In this document: piece by piece, positions 49,523-60,166 of the stretch | Position numbering within the stretch: position 1 is the stretch's first letter | Layout: each line of letters opens with the position of its first letter | Made by a program: the position numbers and the translations under genes | The notes under the pieces: model-generated | What the model saw: only the letters and a program-made list of their open reading frames with translations | Told to the model about the DNA's origin: nothing | Database searches by the model: none | DNA from: an uncultured delta proteobacterium | GTDB taxonomy: Bacteria; Desulfobacterota; Binatia; UBA9968 | DNA: 64,000 bases | Assembly (NCBI GenBank): GCA_963745835.1 | Contig: CAVUZH010000013.1 | Span: 32,001-96,000 of the forward strand | Direction: 5' to 3'

Positions 49523-50452
49523 TTACCCCGTAGGATCTGCTAGCGCTTTCATTATTTGCAACCCGGCAGGTCCAAGCAAAATGATAAAAATTGCCGGAAG
49601 TATAAAAAACACCAGGGGAAAGATGAGTTTGATTACCGCCTTGCGCGCAGCTTCCTCGGCAGATTGGCTGCGTTTGTCGCGCATGGTTTCGGCGTATATT
49701 CTTAAAGACCGCGCGATACTACCGCCGAGTTCTTCGGTTTGAGTCAGGAAAGTAACCAATCCACGAATTTCCTCTACCCCACACCGTTCAGCCAACCGGA
49801 TCAACGCATCTTTGCGCCGGGCACCGGCTTGCATTTCCTGTGTCGCCAGCAACAGCTCCTCACCGATGGCTAACTTCTGGCTATTTTGCTCGTTGCCAAC
49901 CCGATTTAACGCGGCGTCGACACCCATACCTGCTTCCACGCAAACTACTATTAGGTCCAAGGTATCGGGAAGTGCTTCGCGCATCGCGAGCACGCGAGAC
50001 TTAGCTTTCCGAAATACCGTAAGATAAGGCAGCATGTAGCCGAGGGCGCCGGCGGCGCCGCCTAAGAGCAGTACATCTTGCAACGACGCATTCATTGAAA
50101 ATGACAAAAGCAGTCCGGTGAGGGTCAATGCCAAGGCTAAAAAAATACGCAGTCCCCAATAGATCCGGATGGCACGAATGCCGCGATAACCTGCCTGATG
50201 CAATCGTGTGCCTGCTCTTGAAAGATTCTCCGGTATTTCCTTGCTGCCGAAGAAGAAGTCGGCTACGCGCTCCCAAAAGGTTTCATCTTCACTATCGTAC
50301 AGACGAACAGGCGCAGCCGCGGTTCTTGGGCCGGAGATGGTTTCCAGCCGCCGTTGAATCATATCCTCTGCGATTGGCGCTTTGGGTGCCAAAACCAGGT
50401 ACATGATGGCGCCGACAACTCCAAATACTGCAATTGCAATTAGTGTTTCCAT
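49523..50452 (-). CDS. tadC: Tad inner-membrane platform protein TadC
   Basis: LPDTLDLIVVCVEAG, AEEAARKAVIKLIFPLVFFILPA. Confidence 0.92.
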   Translation of the reverse strand: METLIAIAVFGVVGAIMYLVLAPKAPIAEDMIQRRLETISGPRTAAAPVRLYDSEDETFWERVADFFFGSKEIPENLSRAGTRLHQAGYRGIRAIRIYWGLRIFLALALTLTGLLLSFSMNASLQDVLLLGGAAGALGYMLPYLTVFRKAKSRVLAMREALPDTLDLIVVCVEAGMGVDAALNRVGNEQNSQKLAIGEELLLATQEMQAGARRKDALIRLAERCGVEEIRGLVTFLTQTEELGGSIARSLRIYAETMRDKRSQSAEEAARKAVIKLIFPLVFFILPAIFIILLGPAGLQIMKALADPTG

Positions 50453-50461
50453 AGGATCCCG

Positions 50462-51436
50462 TTAGATATGAATCTTTATGAACTTTCGAAAGACCATGAT
50501 GCCGATAACCTCGAGAACCAAGGCTGTTGCTAGCATTGCGCGACCGCCGGGATGTACCAACATTTCGTTCATCATCACTGGCTCGCGGATAAACATAAAC
50601 ACCGCTAAAAATGGCGGTATTGAACTTACCGTCCAGGCACTCATACGGTTTTGCGCCGTCAAGCTCTTGATCAATCGCTCAATGCGGAACCGATCGCGAA
50701 TGATATTTGCCAATTTGGTCAGTAGTTCTGAGAGGCTGCCGCCGATCTCACGCTGAACAAGCAACGCGGTATTGAACAGCCGAACCTCAGGGAGGGACAT
50801 ACGTTGTTCAAATTTTCTCAATGCGTCGTTAAGAGGCAATCCTAGGTTCACCTCCTCGATGAAAACAGAAAACTCAGTGCCGATTGGATCCGGCATCTCC
50901 TTAGCGACATAAACCATTGCTTGTGTTAGTCCCTGACCCGCCTGAAGACTTTGGCTAATCATCTCGAGACCATCGGGCATTTGTTCGAGAAACTTACGTA
51001 AACGTTTCCGGATCACATATTTTAAATAGACTGACGGGATTACCAACGCGATACTTGCAAATAGTAGCGCCATCCAAGTTGGCTTTCCCACGATCATTAA
51101 CATGAAGAACGTCACGAGACATGCTCCGCCGGAGCACAAGAGGAAAACACTGGGGCTCATGTCAACGTTGGCTCTTTCAAGATTCAAACCGATTTTCTGC
51201 ACGAGCGGAATATTACAAAGGAGATTATTTAGCCAAGGATTATTGCTGTAGACCGGTGCTTTGAGGAGGCTTTGAAGCTCCGATCTTGAGGCATGCGTCA
51301 TGTGACCGATGGTCGTGAGCCGGCGTTTGATCCTGGCTTGCGCAGTATCTTTGACTGCCATCGGTAGCATGAAAAGTATAACAATCAGCGACATCGCTGA
51401 TAGGAAGACGAAGATGGCAATGAGAAATAAACTCAT
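50462..51436 (-). CDS. tadB: Tad inner-membrane platform protein TadB
   Basis: [42 protein letters not shown]. Confidence 0.92.
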   Translation of the reverse strand: MSLFLIAIFVFLSAMSLIVILFMLPMAVKDTAQARIKRRLTTIGHMTHASRSELQSLLKAPVYSNNPWLNNLLCNIPLVQKIGLNLERANVDMSPSVFLLCSGGACLVTFFMLMIVGKPTWMALLFASIALVIPSVYLKYVIRKRLRKFLEQMPDGLEMISQSLQAGQGLTQAMVYVAKEMPDPIGTEFSVFIEEVNLGLPLNDALRKFEQRMSLPEVRLFNTALLVQREIGGSLSELLTKLANIIRDRFRIERLIKSLTAQNRMSAWTVSSIPPFLAVFMFIREPVMMNEMLVHPGGRAMLATALVLEVIGIMVFRKFIKIHI

Positions 51437-52833
51437 AGTGCTCTTTTCCTTGCTCCCAACGGAACCGGCATGAAATGGGTATTAGGAATTCGAAACCCAT
51501 GCCGTTCGAGCCGATCCATGAAGGAAGGCATGACTCCCGTAGCTACAAACTCCCCAATCACCTTGCCATTTTCCACACCGCGCTGGTCGAATTTGAAAAT
51601 AGTTTGTGTGGTAATGGTCGAACCTTCCATGCCCGTCACCTCGGCGAACTCGACCACTTTTCTGCTGCCATCGCTTAAACGCGTGAGCTGGACAATGACA
51701 TCAAGCGCTGATGCCACTTGCTCGCGCAGAGCGCGTTCCGGGAGATTGATGCCGGCCATAAGCATCATCGTCTCCAAACGAGACAATGCATCCCGGGCGC
51801 TGTTCGCGTGAACGGTGCTTATGGATCCGTCATGACCCGTATTCATCGCTTGCATCATATCCAAGGCTTCGCCGCCGCGGACCTCACCGATAACGATCCT
51901 ATCCGGGCGCATACGGAGTGCGTTACGGACCAGATCACGCGCGGTCACCGCGCCCTGTCCTTCAATATTCGCTGGGCGCGTTTCGAGACGCACGATATGA
52001 TCCTGCTGAAGCTTTAATTCAGCCGAATCTTCTATGGTAACTATTCGTTCGTTATCAGGAATGAAATTAGAGAGACAATTTAACAGGGTTGTTTTACCTG
52101 CGCCCGTACCTCCCGATACGAGCATGTTCAACCGTGATTTGACACAAGCCGCCGCCACCTCGGCAATTTGAGGAGGAATTGAATTAAACTGAATAAGGTC
52201 ATTCACGGTGAGACGTTCGACACCAAACCGCCGAATTGATAGGACCGGTCCGTCTAGAGCGAGCGGAGGGATGATCGCATTGACGCGCGACCCATCCGCG
52301 AGACGAGCATCGACCATCGGAGAGCTTTCGTCTACTCTTCTCCCCACCCGGGTAACAATTCTTTCGATGATCTGCATCAGATGGGAGTCGTCACGGAATC
52401 TAACGTCGGTTTTCTCCAGCTTACCGTAACGTTCAACAAAGATCTGGCTGGAAGAGTTCACGAGTATGTCGGAGATCTCTGGGTCCTTCATTAGGGTCTC
52501 TAGCGGGCCAAGACCGAAAACTTCATGTTGGACCTCCATCACCAGGCGGTCTCGATCGGCGCGACTGACGGGGATAGCCTCAGCCGCAACCATATCTTCC
52601 AATATACGGCGTATTTCGACCCTCACCCGCTCCATTTCCAAGTTTGAGAGCTTAGTTAGGTCAAGAGTATCGATCAGTTTCCGGTGGATACGAAGCCGAA
52701 GATCCTGCAAAATGGCTTCACTATTTCCAGGCTGCATCGACCTCATCGGCACGCGCAGATTATCGAAGCCCGCACCTTTATCGTTGTCCCACTTGTCTTT
52801 GTTGCTATCTGCTAAAGATGGGTTTTTCATCAT
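51433..52833 (-). CDS. cpaF: Tad/Cpa assembly ATPase CpaF (TadA)
   Basis: [51 protein letters not shown]. Confidence 0.96.
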   Translation of the reverse strand: MMKNPSLADSNKDKWDNDKGAGFDNLRVPMRSMQPGNSEAILQDLRLRIHRKLIDTLDLTKLSNLEMERVRVEIRRILEDMVAAEAIPVSRADRDRLVMEVQHEVFGLGPLETLMKDPEISDILVNSSSQIFVERYGKLEKTDVRFRDDSHLMQIIERIVTRVGRRVDESSPMVDARLADGSRVNAIIPPLALDGPVLSIRRFGVERLTVNDLIQFNSIPPQIAEVAAACVKSRLNMLVSGGTGAGKTTLLNCLSNFIPDNERIVTIEDSAELKLQQDHIVRLETRPANIEGQGAVTARDLVRNALRMRPDRIVIGEVRGGEALDMMQAMNTGHDGSISTVHANSARDALSRLETMMLMAGINLPERALREQVASALDVIVQLTRLSDGSRKVVEFAEVTGMEGSTITTQTIFKFDQRGVENGKVIGEFVATGVMPSFMDRLERHGFRIPNTHFMPVPLGARKRAL

Positions 52834-52843
52834 TATCCTTTAA

Positions 52844-54058
52844 TCACTTGAGCAATCCTCGCACTGGCATCCAACGATCAAGTAACCCAACCCTTTTTTC
52901 ATCCGCCTCACGCCGGCTAGCTACAGCCGTGGAGAATGACTCGACCACTGCGTCTGCAAGCCCCGAATAGCTTCTGGCAATATCGGATCTGGGATCACAG
53001 TCTTGTATCGATAATCCCTGATTTACCGCGGCGATCGCTGTCGGGTAATTGTTCGGTAAAGTCCAAAATACCTTCGCTCCCAAAGCCTTCTCCGCGGATT
53101 CAAGACTCATAAGCTTGCTTTTGATAAATCGGTTTAAGACCAAGCGGATCTTCTTTTCGTAGATTCCCATTCTGCTAAAGAGCTCAAACGCTCGGTGGGC
53201 GCTTTTCAAGGAGGGAACGTCCATTTCGGTGACAAACAAGATCATGTTGGCTTTGTCCAAAACGAGCGCGAGACTTTCATCGAATTCCTTCGGCGTATCA
53301 ACCACGACAAAATCGAAAGATTGCGACAGAACCTCCAGAATCTCCTCAATATCAGCCGGTGTAATGCGCCGGGCATCCTCGGCGTAAAAAGGCTCGGCCA
53401 ATATCCGAATGCCGGATGCGTGTTTGACCAAAGAACCGTCAAGAAACATTGGATCGATTTTTTTGAGGTTCTTTACCAGATCTAGAATCGTGTACGAAGC
53501 TTCGAGATTCAAGAAACTAGTCACCGATCCAAACTGTAAGACTAGGTCCACCAAACACACCGACTTCTTATGAGCCACCAAGCAGGCCGCAAGATTGGTT
53601 GCCACTGTTGTTGATCCAACACCGCCTTTATTTGACGAGACAGCAACTATTTGGCCCCTCTCGACTGTCCGCGCCGTATGCACATCTACTTTATTTCTAA
53701 TGGCCTCTAGCGATTTAATTACCTCTGGCCAGTCAAACGGCTGTGTGAAAAACTCTTCTGCCCCCGATCGCATTGCACGCAGTATTTCATTTGGATTATG
53801 CGACGGGGATGTCATAACTAAGCGCACGTGCGGAAGTTTCGATTTCAATTCCGCCGCGACGGCATACGCGGTGTCGGGATCACGGCTCAGATCCATCACT
53901 GCAATTACAGGCCCGGTATAGCCCCGCAAACGTTCCAACGCATCGCCATGAGGACAGACTCTAGACTCTACGGCGTACGCCGCTTGCTTTTCTAGCTGTT
54001 GCCTGAGCGCGGCGAGCGTTTTGTTATCGTCTCCTATCAGACAAATCGGTAGCTTCAT
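52844..54058 (-). CDS. cpaE: CpaE/TadZ (atypical receiver + MinD-like ATPase)
   Basis: AMRSGAEEF, NKGGVGSTT, LVDLVLQFG, VVVDTP. Confidence 0.9.
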   Translation of the reverse strand: MKLPICLIGDDNKTLAALRQQLEKQAAYAVESRVCPHGDALERLRGYTGPVIAVMDLSRDPDTAYAVAAELKSKLPHVRLVMTSPSHNPNEILRAMRSGAEEFFTQPFDWPEVIKSLEAIRNKVDVHTARTVERGQIVAVSSNKGGVGSTTVATNLAACLVAHKKSVCLVDLVLQFGSVTSFLNLEASYTILDLVKNLKKIDPMFLDGSLVKHASGIRILAEPFYAEDARRITPADIEEILEVLSQSFDFVVVDTPKEFDESLALVLDKANMILFVTEMDVPSLKSAHRAFELFSRMGIYEKKIRLVLNRFIKSKLMSLESAEKALGAKVFWTLPNNYPTAIAAVNQGLSIQDCDPRSDIARSYSGLADAVVESFSTAVASRREADEKRVGLLDRWMPVRGLLK

Positions 54059-54141
54059 GTTGTTCGTGATTGCGCTCGCTTATTCGCCGCAGTTTCCTTT
54101 TGTTCGGAATCCTTTGTATAAGCCTACGTAACTTTTAGATG

Positions 54142-55686
54142 CTAAGGAATGCTCGCGCCCGGCCTGACGGTTTTCGAGCGTTCCGCTCCACCCGGAACCG
54201 GCACCTGTCGAATGTCGGGGTCGTCGTATTTTTCGATCGACGGAAGTCGCGGCTTTTCACCGGGCTTCATTGTACCGACAACGCGCGGAGTAATAACGAA
54301 AACCAACTCGCTTTCCGAGTTTCTAAATCGCGTGCTACGAAACAAAGTTCCAAGAATGGGAATGTCTCCTAAGACGGGAAATTTTGTAATGTCTTTGAGA
54401 ATCCGGCGGTCGAGCAATCCTGCGATCACCAAGCTTTCACCTTCCTGTAGTTCGACCCGATTGACCGTCCGACGCACCTTCAACCCCGGAACTCCGTTAA
54501 CCGCTACCGATTGATCGATTTCGCTTACTTCCGGAAATATTCGGAGATCGATCCGGTCAGACCAAGTCAACGTCGGTACAAAATCCAACCTGACACCAAA
54601 CGGCTTGAACTCGACTTCGAACGTATCGCTAGAGACGCCGACGACCGGAAACTCTCCACCAGCCAGGAATCCACCGGTACGGCCATTTTTCATGACAAGG
54701 CGCGGTTGTGCCAGTATCTCGGTAACATCTTTGTTTTGGATCAGACGATACAAAGAAGTAAGGGCGAACGAGCCGTTTACGTATCGTAAAATACCAGTTG
54801 CCCCAGCGCCAAACGGAATCGTTCCGGTCCCCGCGCTGATGTCTGACCCGCCTGGCAACAGAGGGCCTGGAAAACCAGAACGATCTCCCAGAAAAGTCCC
54901 CGCGATCGGAACATTGCGCGAACTTGTAACCCAGTCGAAACCAATGTCCCGCAATTTACTTACCGCGACCTCTGCGACTATCACGTCCAGCTCAATCTGC
55001 CGAATCTCTTTGATTACGAGTAAATCGATGATTCCAGCGATGCTTCGTTTGTCACCCCATCTGTTCACGTCGTCTAGGGAAGATTCTTCATCGAACGCAA
55101 TCTGCCCACCGCCGGCAATGCCGAATCCAGTGACGTTAGGACGATTTTGCCGCCCGCCCCGGACATTAATATTGTTCGTTGTTCCTGCAGGAGCGACAGC
55201 AGCCGGTGGCTTAGGTGGGAGGTACGTCTGCACAATTTCCAGCACCTTGTCGTATACAACCTCATTGGAGACTTCACCCCTGAGGAGAACGGCAGGCCCT
55301 GATGTCGACACCTCAACCTTCTCGTTGGGAAGGACTACCCGAAGCTGGCTTCGTAAAGCGATAACATCCGGCACAACAATCAAATCGTAATTGGCAACTT
55401 CACCCTTTTCGTCGAAAACGATCAACGACGTGGTACCGACATTCTTTCCGTTGATCAGAAGTTGGCTGGGAGCAACGACAATTACGTCCGCCACTGCCGG
55501 CTGCGAAACCGAAACCCGCTTAGCTCTCTCAGCCAAGCGAAAGACCATCGATTTATTAACTGTGACTGAAATCGTCGGCGCTACCTGCTGCTGAGCGGCG
55601 CCTTCGAACAAAGGTACAAGTAACAAAGCAATAAGCGCTACCCTGAACCTGCCCGATCGCCGCCAAAGTGAAGAAATATATCTCAT
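54142..55686 (-). CDS. cpaC: Tad secretin CpaC/RcpA
   Basis: N-terminal T2SS_T3SS_pil_N-like region (GTTSLIVF), FLAGGEFP, KPFGVRLDFVP, PVLGDIPILGTLFRS..ELVFVITP. Confidence 0.92.
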   Translation of the reverse strand: MRYISSLWRRSGRFRVALIALLLVPLFEGAAQQQVAPTISVTVNKSMVFRLAERAKRVSVSQPAVADVIVVAPSQLLINGKNVGTTSLIVFDEKGEVANYDLIVVPDVIALRSQLRVVLPNEKVEVSTSGPAVLLRGEVSNEVVYDKVLEIVQTYLPPKPPAAVAPAGTTNNINVRGGRQNRPNVTGFGIAGGGQIAFDEESSLDDVNRWGDKRSIAGIIDLLVIKEIRQIELDVIVAEVAVSKLRDIGFDWVTSSRNVPIAGTFLGDRSGFPGPLLPGGSDISAGTGTIPFGAGATGILRYVNGSFALTSLYRLIQNKDVTEILAQPRLVMKNGRTGGFLAGGEFPVVGVSSDTFEVEFKPFGVRLDFVPTLTWSDRIDLRIFPEVSEIDQSVAVNGVPGLKVRRTVNRVELQEGESLVIAGLLDRRILKDITKFPVLGDIPILGTLFRSTRFRNSESELVFVITPRVVGTMKPGEKPRLPSIEKYDDPDIRQVPVPGGAERSKTVRPGASIP

Positions 55687-55703
55687 GAGCCGTTCCCTTC
55701 CTG

Positions 55704-56543
55704 CTAGAATTCCACTACGTTTCTGTTGGTGCCGTGAATTACCTCGACCTTATACTTATCGGTTCCCTGTTGGACCACGGAACGCACTCGCGCAGTACCT
55801 ATTGTCTTTCGGACACCTAAAGCCAACAAATCGTTTTTGTTACTTCCGATGGTTTTTGGTTCGGCTTCGTCGCCCACTCCTCTGAGTGCCAATACAATAG
55901 GTCCTTCCTGATAGGCCAGCGAGAGTTTTTCAGCTTCTTCAGGACTCACCTCGAGAGTGATCGACCGCGCCACCTGCGGCTTGCCATCTTTCTGCTCGGT
56001 GCTTTGTGCAACGGAGAGGACACGCTTATTCTGAAGAACAATTTTTGAAAGTCTCGCATCCTTATTATCAGCAGTTCCAGGAGGTGTCGTCGTAACTATG
56101 ACGTCCACACGGTCATCCGGCACAATAAACCCGCTCACCCCGATGATTTCATCGACTCGAACGGCCATGGCTCGCTTACCCGGCTCCAAACGAACAGTTA
56201 ATCCGGCACCCTCACCGGATAATCGAGATTCCAGAATCGGCTCATTGGCCATAATTTTTACTCGATTGACCTTTCCGATCACCTCTTTGGGAGTTCCAAA
56301 CGCGCCGGCCGGGACCGAAGCCTTCGGCCATTTGATGGCTCGCACTGTGCCATCCTTCAACATTGCCTCGGCGATTGTGCTCCCTGCTGGGATATCCTTC
56401 GCCGCGATCACAACGTCCTGCGTTTGAGTTCGCAGCGCCTCAGCCGCCTGCCGTTGTTGGCGCAGGAAGTTAAATATTCCATATGCGGCAATGAGTCCGA
56501 AAAAGACGGCGACAACTAGTGCAATTTTGAGCCTATTTTGCAT
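55704..56543 (-). CDS. cpaB: Flp pilus assembly protein CpaB/RcpC
   Basis: SAF domain VVIAAKDIPAG, GKRAMAVRV..GVSGFIVPDDRVDV, ITLEVSPEEAEKL, LALR. Confidence 0.93.
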   Translation of the reverse strand: MQNRLKIALVVAVFFGLIAAYGIFNFLRQQRQAAEALRTQTQDVVIAAKDIPAGSTIAEAMLKDGTVRAIKWPKASVPAGAFGTPKEVIGKVNRVKIMANEPILESRLSGEGAGLTVRLEPGKRAMAVRVDEIIGVSGFIVPDDRVDVIVTTTPPGTADNKDARLSKIVLQNKRVLSVAQSTEQKDGKPQVARSITLEVSPEEAEKLSLAYQEGPIVLALRGVGDEAEPKTIGSNKNDLLALGVRKTIGTARVRSVVQQGTDKYKVEVIHGTNRNVVEF

Positions 56544-56625
56544 ACAGTTTCCTTTTTTGTAAGGTTAAAATTTCTCATCTCAAGGGGAAGTCTTACCGTT
56601 AGTTCCGCAATTTACTTGGTTAGTA

Positions 56626-57162
56626 CTAAAAGCCCGCCCACGTCCCCGACGGGTCGAGATAATATGCCATTATTGTACCAGCACCGATTGCGACACCCCA
56701 CGGCACCGAGTACCGACCGGAGTTGACGGCCGTACTATTCAGGAGGCCGATTCGCAAAGACAAAAACATAAACTTACAATCGGTCCAAAAATGCTTGAAA
56801 GAGATTTGCCGGACCTGGCCCAAAGCCATAGCTATTAAAGCTATAACGCCAGCAACAATGCACGAATAGAAGAAAATCCGTGGCAGTGTTTTGTAACCCA
56901 AAAGAGCGCCTACAGCGGCAAAGAATTTAACGTCGCCGGCTCCCATCCATCCGAAGGCAAAGGGAATCATCAAAGCCAAAATACCAGCGACAAATCCGGT
57001 GACGCTAAAAATGAATTGCGTGCTACTCTGGAATGCTCCGAGAAGGACTCCAACGATGAGCGCGAACAGAATTATCCAGTTCGGGATTCGTCGCTCTTTA
57101 ATGTCAAAAAATGCTGCGCCACCGATGACGGCAAACAATGTAAAATCTAGAACTAAATCCAC
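56626..57162 (-). CDS. cpaA: Prepilin peptidase CpaA/TadV (A24)
   Basis: DIKERRIPN, MGAGDVK, VPWGVAI. Confidence 0.9.
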   Translation of the reverse strand: MDLVLDFTLFAVIGGAAFFDIKERRIPNWIILFALIVGVLLGAFQSSTQFIFSVTGFVAGILALMIPFAFGWMGAGDVKFFAAVGALLGYKTLPRIFFYSCIVAGVIALIAMALGQVRQISFKHFWTDCKFMFLSLRIGLLNSTAVNSGRYSVPWGVAIGAGTIMAYYLDPSGTWAGF

Positions 57163-57220
57163 GGCGATCTTTAAAGAGAACTAGAAGATGATCCGATTTG
57201 CTGGGTTATATTCGCGAAAC

Positions 57221-57262
57221 GTGAGCTTGGGGTGGAAAAGGCTCTGTCCACCCCAAGCTCAC
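57221..57262 (-). terminator. Strong hairpin after flp (terminator or mRNA stabiliser)
   Basis: gtgagcttggggtgga-aaaggctctg-tccaccccaagctcac, 16-bp stem. Confidence 0.7.
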
Positions 57263-57282
57263 ACTGAAAAGGCGGTTCGATA

Positions 57283-57477
57283 TCATGACCCGCCGCAAGC
57301 TGTGGGATCTGCGAGACAGGTTGAAACATCGCCCCACGAATCGGTAAGCTGATTGCCAATGTTCGTTGATTTAACGGCAACCCAGAAGACCAATGCTACC
57401 AAAAGAACGATTAAGGTGTATTCGACCAAGCCTTGACCTTCCTCTTCGACGACTAAGCGTTTAAACAAGTTTATCAT
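57283..57477 (-). CDS. flp: Flp type IVb/IVc pilin
   Basis: EEEG|QGLVEYTLIV cleavage and Flp motif, 64 aa, AAGGGGGTG RBS. Confidence 0.92.
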   Translation of the reverse strand: MINLFKRLVVEEEGQGLVEYTLIVLLVALVFWVAVKSTNIGNQLTDSWGDVSTCLADPTACGGS

Positions 57478-57534
57478 TATTATTCACCCCCTTCCTTTTT
57501 AGTATCGTAGCAATCGAAACTGTAACCGCGAGGG

Positions 57535-57550
57535 AGCAGAGTTCATGCCA
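57535..57550 (-). promoter_or_regulatory. sigma54 -24/-12 promoter for the flp/tad operon
   Basis: TGGCATGAACTCTGCT (GG-N10-GC), 57 bp upstream of the flp ATG. Confidence 0.7.
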
Positions 57551-57898
57551 GATATTAATGAGCTGTTTCTTCCTGTACTTGCGCTTGTTGATACAGATAT
57601 GCTCGATTTCGTTTTGACACTGCTGTCATTTTCAAAAGCTTAACTGTCACAAGGACGATGACAAACCCCAAATGCGCCCTTTACTTTTGGTATCTTTAAA
57701 GAAAACTGATAGCATCTACATTTCGTATCAGCGCCCGGCCGAGCAAGTCTCTGTCCAGTTGCGACACCTAACTGGGGGGACCAGGTATGAGTTTTGCGTG
57801 GAGATTTCTTGTCACTGCTTGACATTGCTCGACTCGTGAGGCCGAGCGATCGCAGCAGCACTCGAGATTAAACGTTCTCGTATTCGACCGGAATTCTA

Positions 57899-58849
57899 AT
57901 GGAAAATACTGAAAGTAAATCCCAATTATCGATCCTAATTATCGAAGATCATCCGGACCAGCGAGATCTTCTAGCCATCGTCCTTCAAAGAGAGGGCTAC
58001 AAAGTGGTGACCGCCGCTAACGGTGTCGAAGCTCTGGCCAAATTGGAGCAGGAGGAAGTTCAGATCGCGCTTTCCGACATCATGATGCCAAAGATGGACG
58101 GATTTGAACTAATCAATAGGATCCGGAGCAATTCTGCACTAAGGCACATCTATATCATTCTAATCACTGCTCGCATTCAGGAGGGCGACCGTGTGCGCGG
58201 CCTTGATCTCGGCGCGGATGATTACATAACTAAACCTTTTTCATTCTCCGAACTGCTGGCGCGAGTGCGTGTCGGCTCCCGAGTTGTGCAGTATCAACAG
58301 CATCTTGAATACCAAACTCAGATCGACTCGCTTACCGGGCTGTTTAATCGCAGAGCTTTCGAGAAGAAGATACTCGAGGAGTTCGAACGATCCAAACGCT
58401 ATGAACATCCATTATCGGTGATAATGCTCGACATCGATAACTTCAAGAAGATCAATGACACGTACGGCCATCACGGCGGAGATGCCGCCCTGGTAAAGAT
58501 TTCAGAAATTTTGCGTGACAAAAGCCGCCGTAGTGACTTTCCCTCGCGATTTGGCGGGGAAGAGTTTGTTCTGGTCCTTCCGGAAACAGATCAAGACAGC
58601 GCTATCCAAGTAGCGAGGAAATTTCACGAGGAGATTAGAACTTGCACCTTCGGCACCGCCGATAAACCTTTCTCGTTAACCGTGAGCATGGGACTCACTT
58701 CAACCAACAAAAAGCAGTATTCAGATTGGCGCCAAATGATCGACGATGCTGACTCCGCTTTATATCAGGCAAAAAATAGCGGCAAGGATCGCATCGAGAT
58801 TTGTTTACCGAACGAGCACCACAAAGTTCGTCACGCCGCTGCGCATTAA
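57899..58849 (+). CDS. Response-regulator diguanylate cyclase (REC-GGDEF, WspR/PleD-like)
   Basis: LSDIMMP, GADDYITKP, DSLTGLFNRR, DIDNFKKINDTYGH, RRSD I-site, GGEEF. Confidence 0.93.
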   Translation: MENTESKSQLSILIIEDHPDQRDLLAIVLQREGYKVVTAANGVEALAKLEQEEVQIALSDIMMPKMDGFELINRIRSNSALRHIYIILITARIQEGDRVRGLDLGADDYITKPFSFSELLARVRVGSRVVQYQQHLEYQTQIDSLTGLFNRRAFEKKILEEFERSKRYEHPLSVIMLDIDNFKKINDTYGHHGGDAALVKISEILRDKSRRSDFPSRFGGEEFVLVLPETDQDSAIQVARKFHEEIRTCTFGTADKPFSLTVSMGLTSTNKKQYSDWRQMIDDADSALYQAKNSGKDRIEICLPNEHHKVRHAAAH

Positions 58850-58855
58850 CAGCCG

Positions 58856-60082
58856 ATGCGATTCCGCCATTTACTGACCGTCATTCTTGTCCTCTCGTGT
58901 ACTTTAGCCTGGTGGTACTTGCTTGTGCCACAGAGCCAAATACTTTCCTCGCGCTCGACCGTGAGTCCGCTCTCAGTTGGTTTGCGATTTACCGCGGGAA
59001 TAGTAGAAACACGGTTAGCTCCTCCGTTAAGGGCGGAATTTACCGAAGCTATTGGAAATAATCTTATTTATATTTCGCGACTCGTGAGTGCCGACAAAGA
59101 ATTAATCATTTACGCCGGTGCCGCATTTTTTGGTTTGTTCATGATGGTTCTGGCACTGAAGAATCCGAATCCGGCCCGCCCTCGAACAGCAGATGCAATG
59201 CTTGCCCTGCTAAAAGAGGAGAAGGAGAAGGCTGAGAATCTCGCGCGATTGAAATCGGAATTCCTGAACCAGGTTTCGCACGAATTGCGTACTCCCCTTG
59301 CCGTAATAATTGGGTACATCGAATGCCTCACCGATGGACTGTATGGGCAGGTCGAGAATAGACACCATGATATTCTGCAAATCGTCGCAAAGCAGTCGAC
59401 TCATCTGAAAAATATGATAGATCAGATCCTCATCTATTCGCGCCTAGAAGCCAGCAAACAGCCGCTTCGCATTGAAGAATTTAGCCCAGTGAACGTTCTA
59501 CTCGATCTGCGGGATACCTTTGACTTTCTTTGCGCTCAAAAGGGGCTGCAGCTGAAGTGGGAGCTTCCGCGAACGGCGCCAGGAATGAAAAATGATCCTC
59601 AAAGATTTAAGGAGATCGCTAGTAACCTCTTGCAGAATGCAGTGAAGTATACGGATCAGGGGCTGATTGTTGTGATGCTCCATGACTCCAAGATGCCGGA
59701 TACCATTATTTTGGAAGTAAGCGATACGGGTGTCGGCATACCGGCGAACGCGCTCAGCAGTGTATTTGACCCGTTCATCCAAGTTCACAAAACTTCCACT
59801 GAACACTCCCGTGGAGGGATCGGGTTGGGGCTCAGCATCGTCAAGAAACACATCGAGCAAATGAATGGAAAGATTGCTGTCGAAAGCGAACTCGGGAAAG
59901 GATCTAAATTTAAGATTACGTTTCCTCGGAACTACCAGAATCGCAGACAACGCAGATATAAGTTCTTATCAATGCTAATGCTTCCCTTCTCAAAAGCGAG
60001 GCCCACTGGTTTGTTCTTGCACAACACTTCAGCAAGCATGAGTGAACCGGCAAAACAAGCACGCGATTTGCCAATCGTTTGA
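58856..60082 (+). CDS. Membrane sensor histidine kinase (HisKA-HATPase)
   Basis: Two TM segments, SHELRTPL, NLLQNAVKYT, DTGVGI, GIGLGLSI, GKGSKF. Confidence 0.93.
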   Translation: MRFRHLLTVILVLSCTLAWWYLLVPQSQILSSRSTVSPLSVGLRFTAGIVETRLAPPLRAEFTEAIGNNLIYISRLVSADKELIIYAGAAFFGLFMMVLALKNPNPARPRTADAMLALLKEEKEKAENLARLKSEFLNQVSHELRTPLAVIIGYIECLTDGLYGQVENRHHDILQIVAKQSTHLKNMIDQILIYSRLEASKQPLRIEEFSPVNVLLDLRDTFDFLCAQKGLQLKWELPRTAPGMKNDPQRFKEIASNLLQNAVKYTDQGLIVVMLHDSKMPDTIILEVSDTGVGIPANALSSVFDPFIQVHKTSTEHSRGGIGLGLSIVKKHIEQMNGKIAVESELGKGSKFKITFPRNYQNRRQRRYKFLSMLMLPFSKARPTGLFLHNTSASMSEPAKQARDLPIV

Positions 60083-60166
60083 TGCTGCCCCTGCCGATAA
60101 GCCAACAGCGACAGTTTTCATCACGCAGTCTCTTGTGCTTTCAACCCAAAGGATGACTGTGCTCTT

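Noticed and set aside
57480-57890. c-di-GMP (GEMM) riboswitch upstream of flp
   Set aside because: Characteristic GCAAA / GAAA-tetraloop / GGACGCAAAGC elements not found
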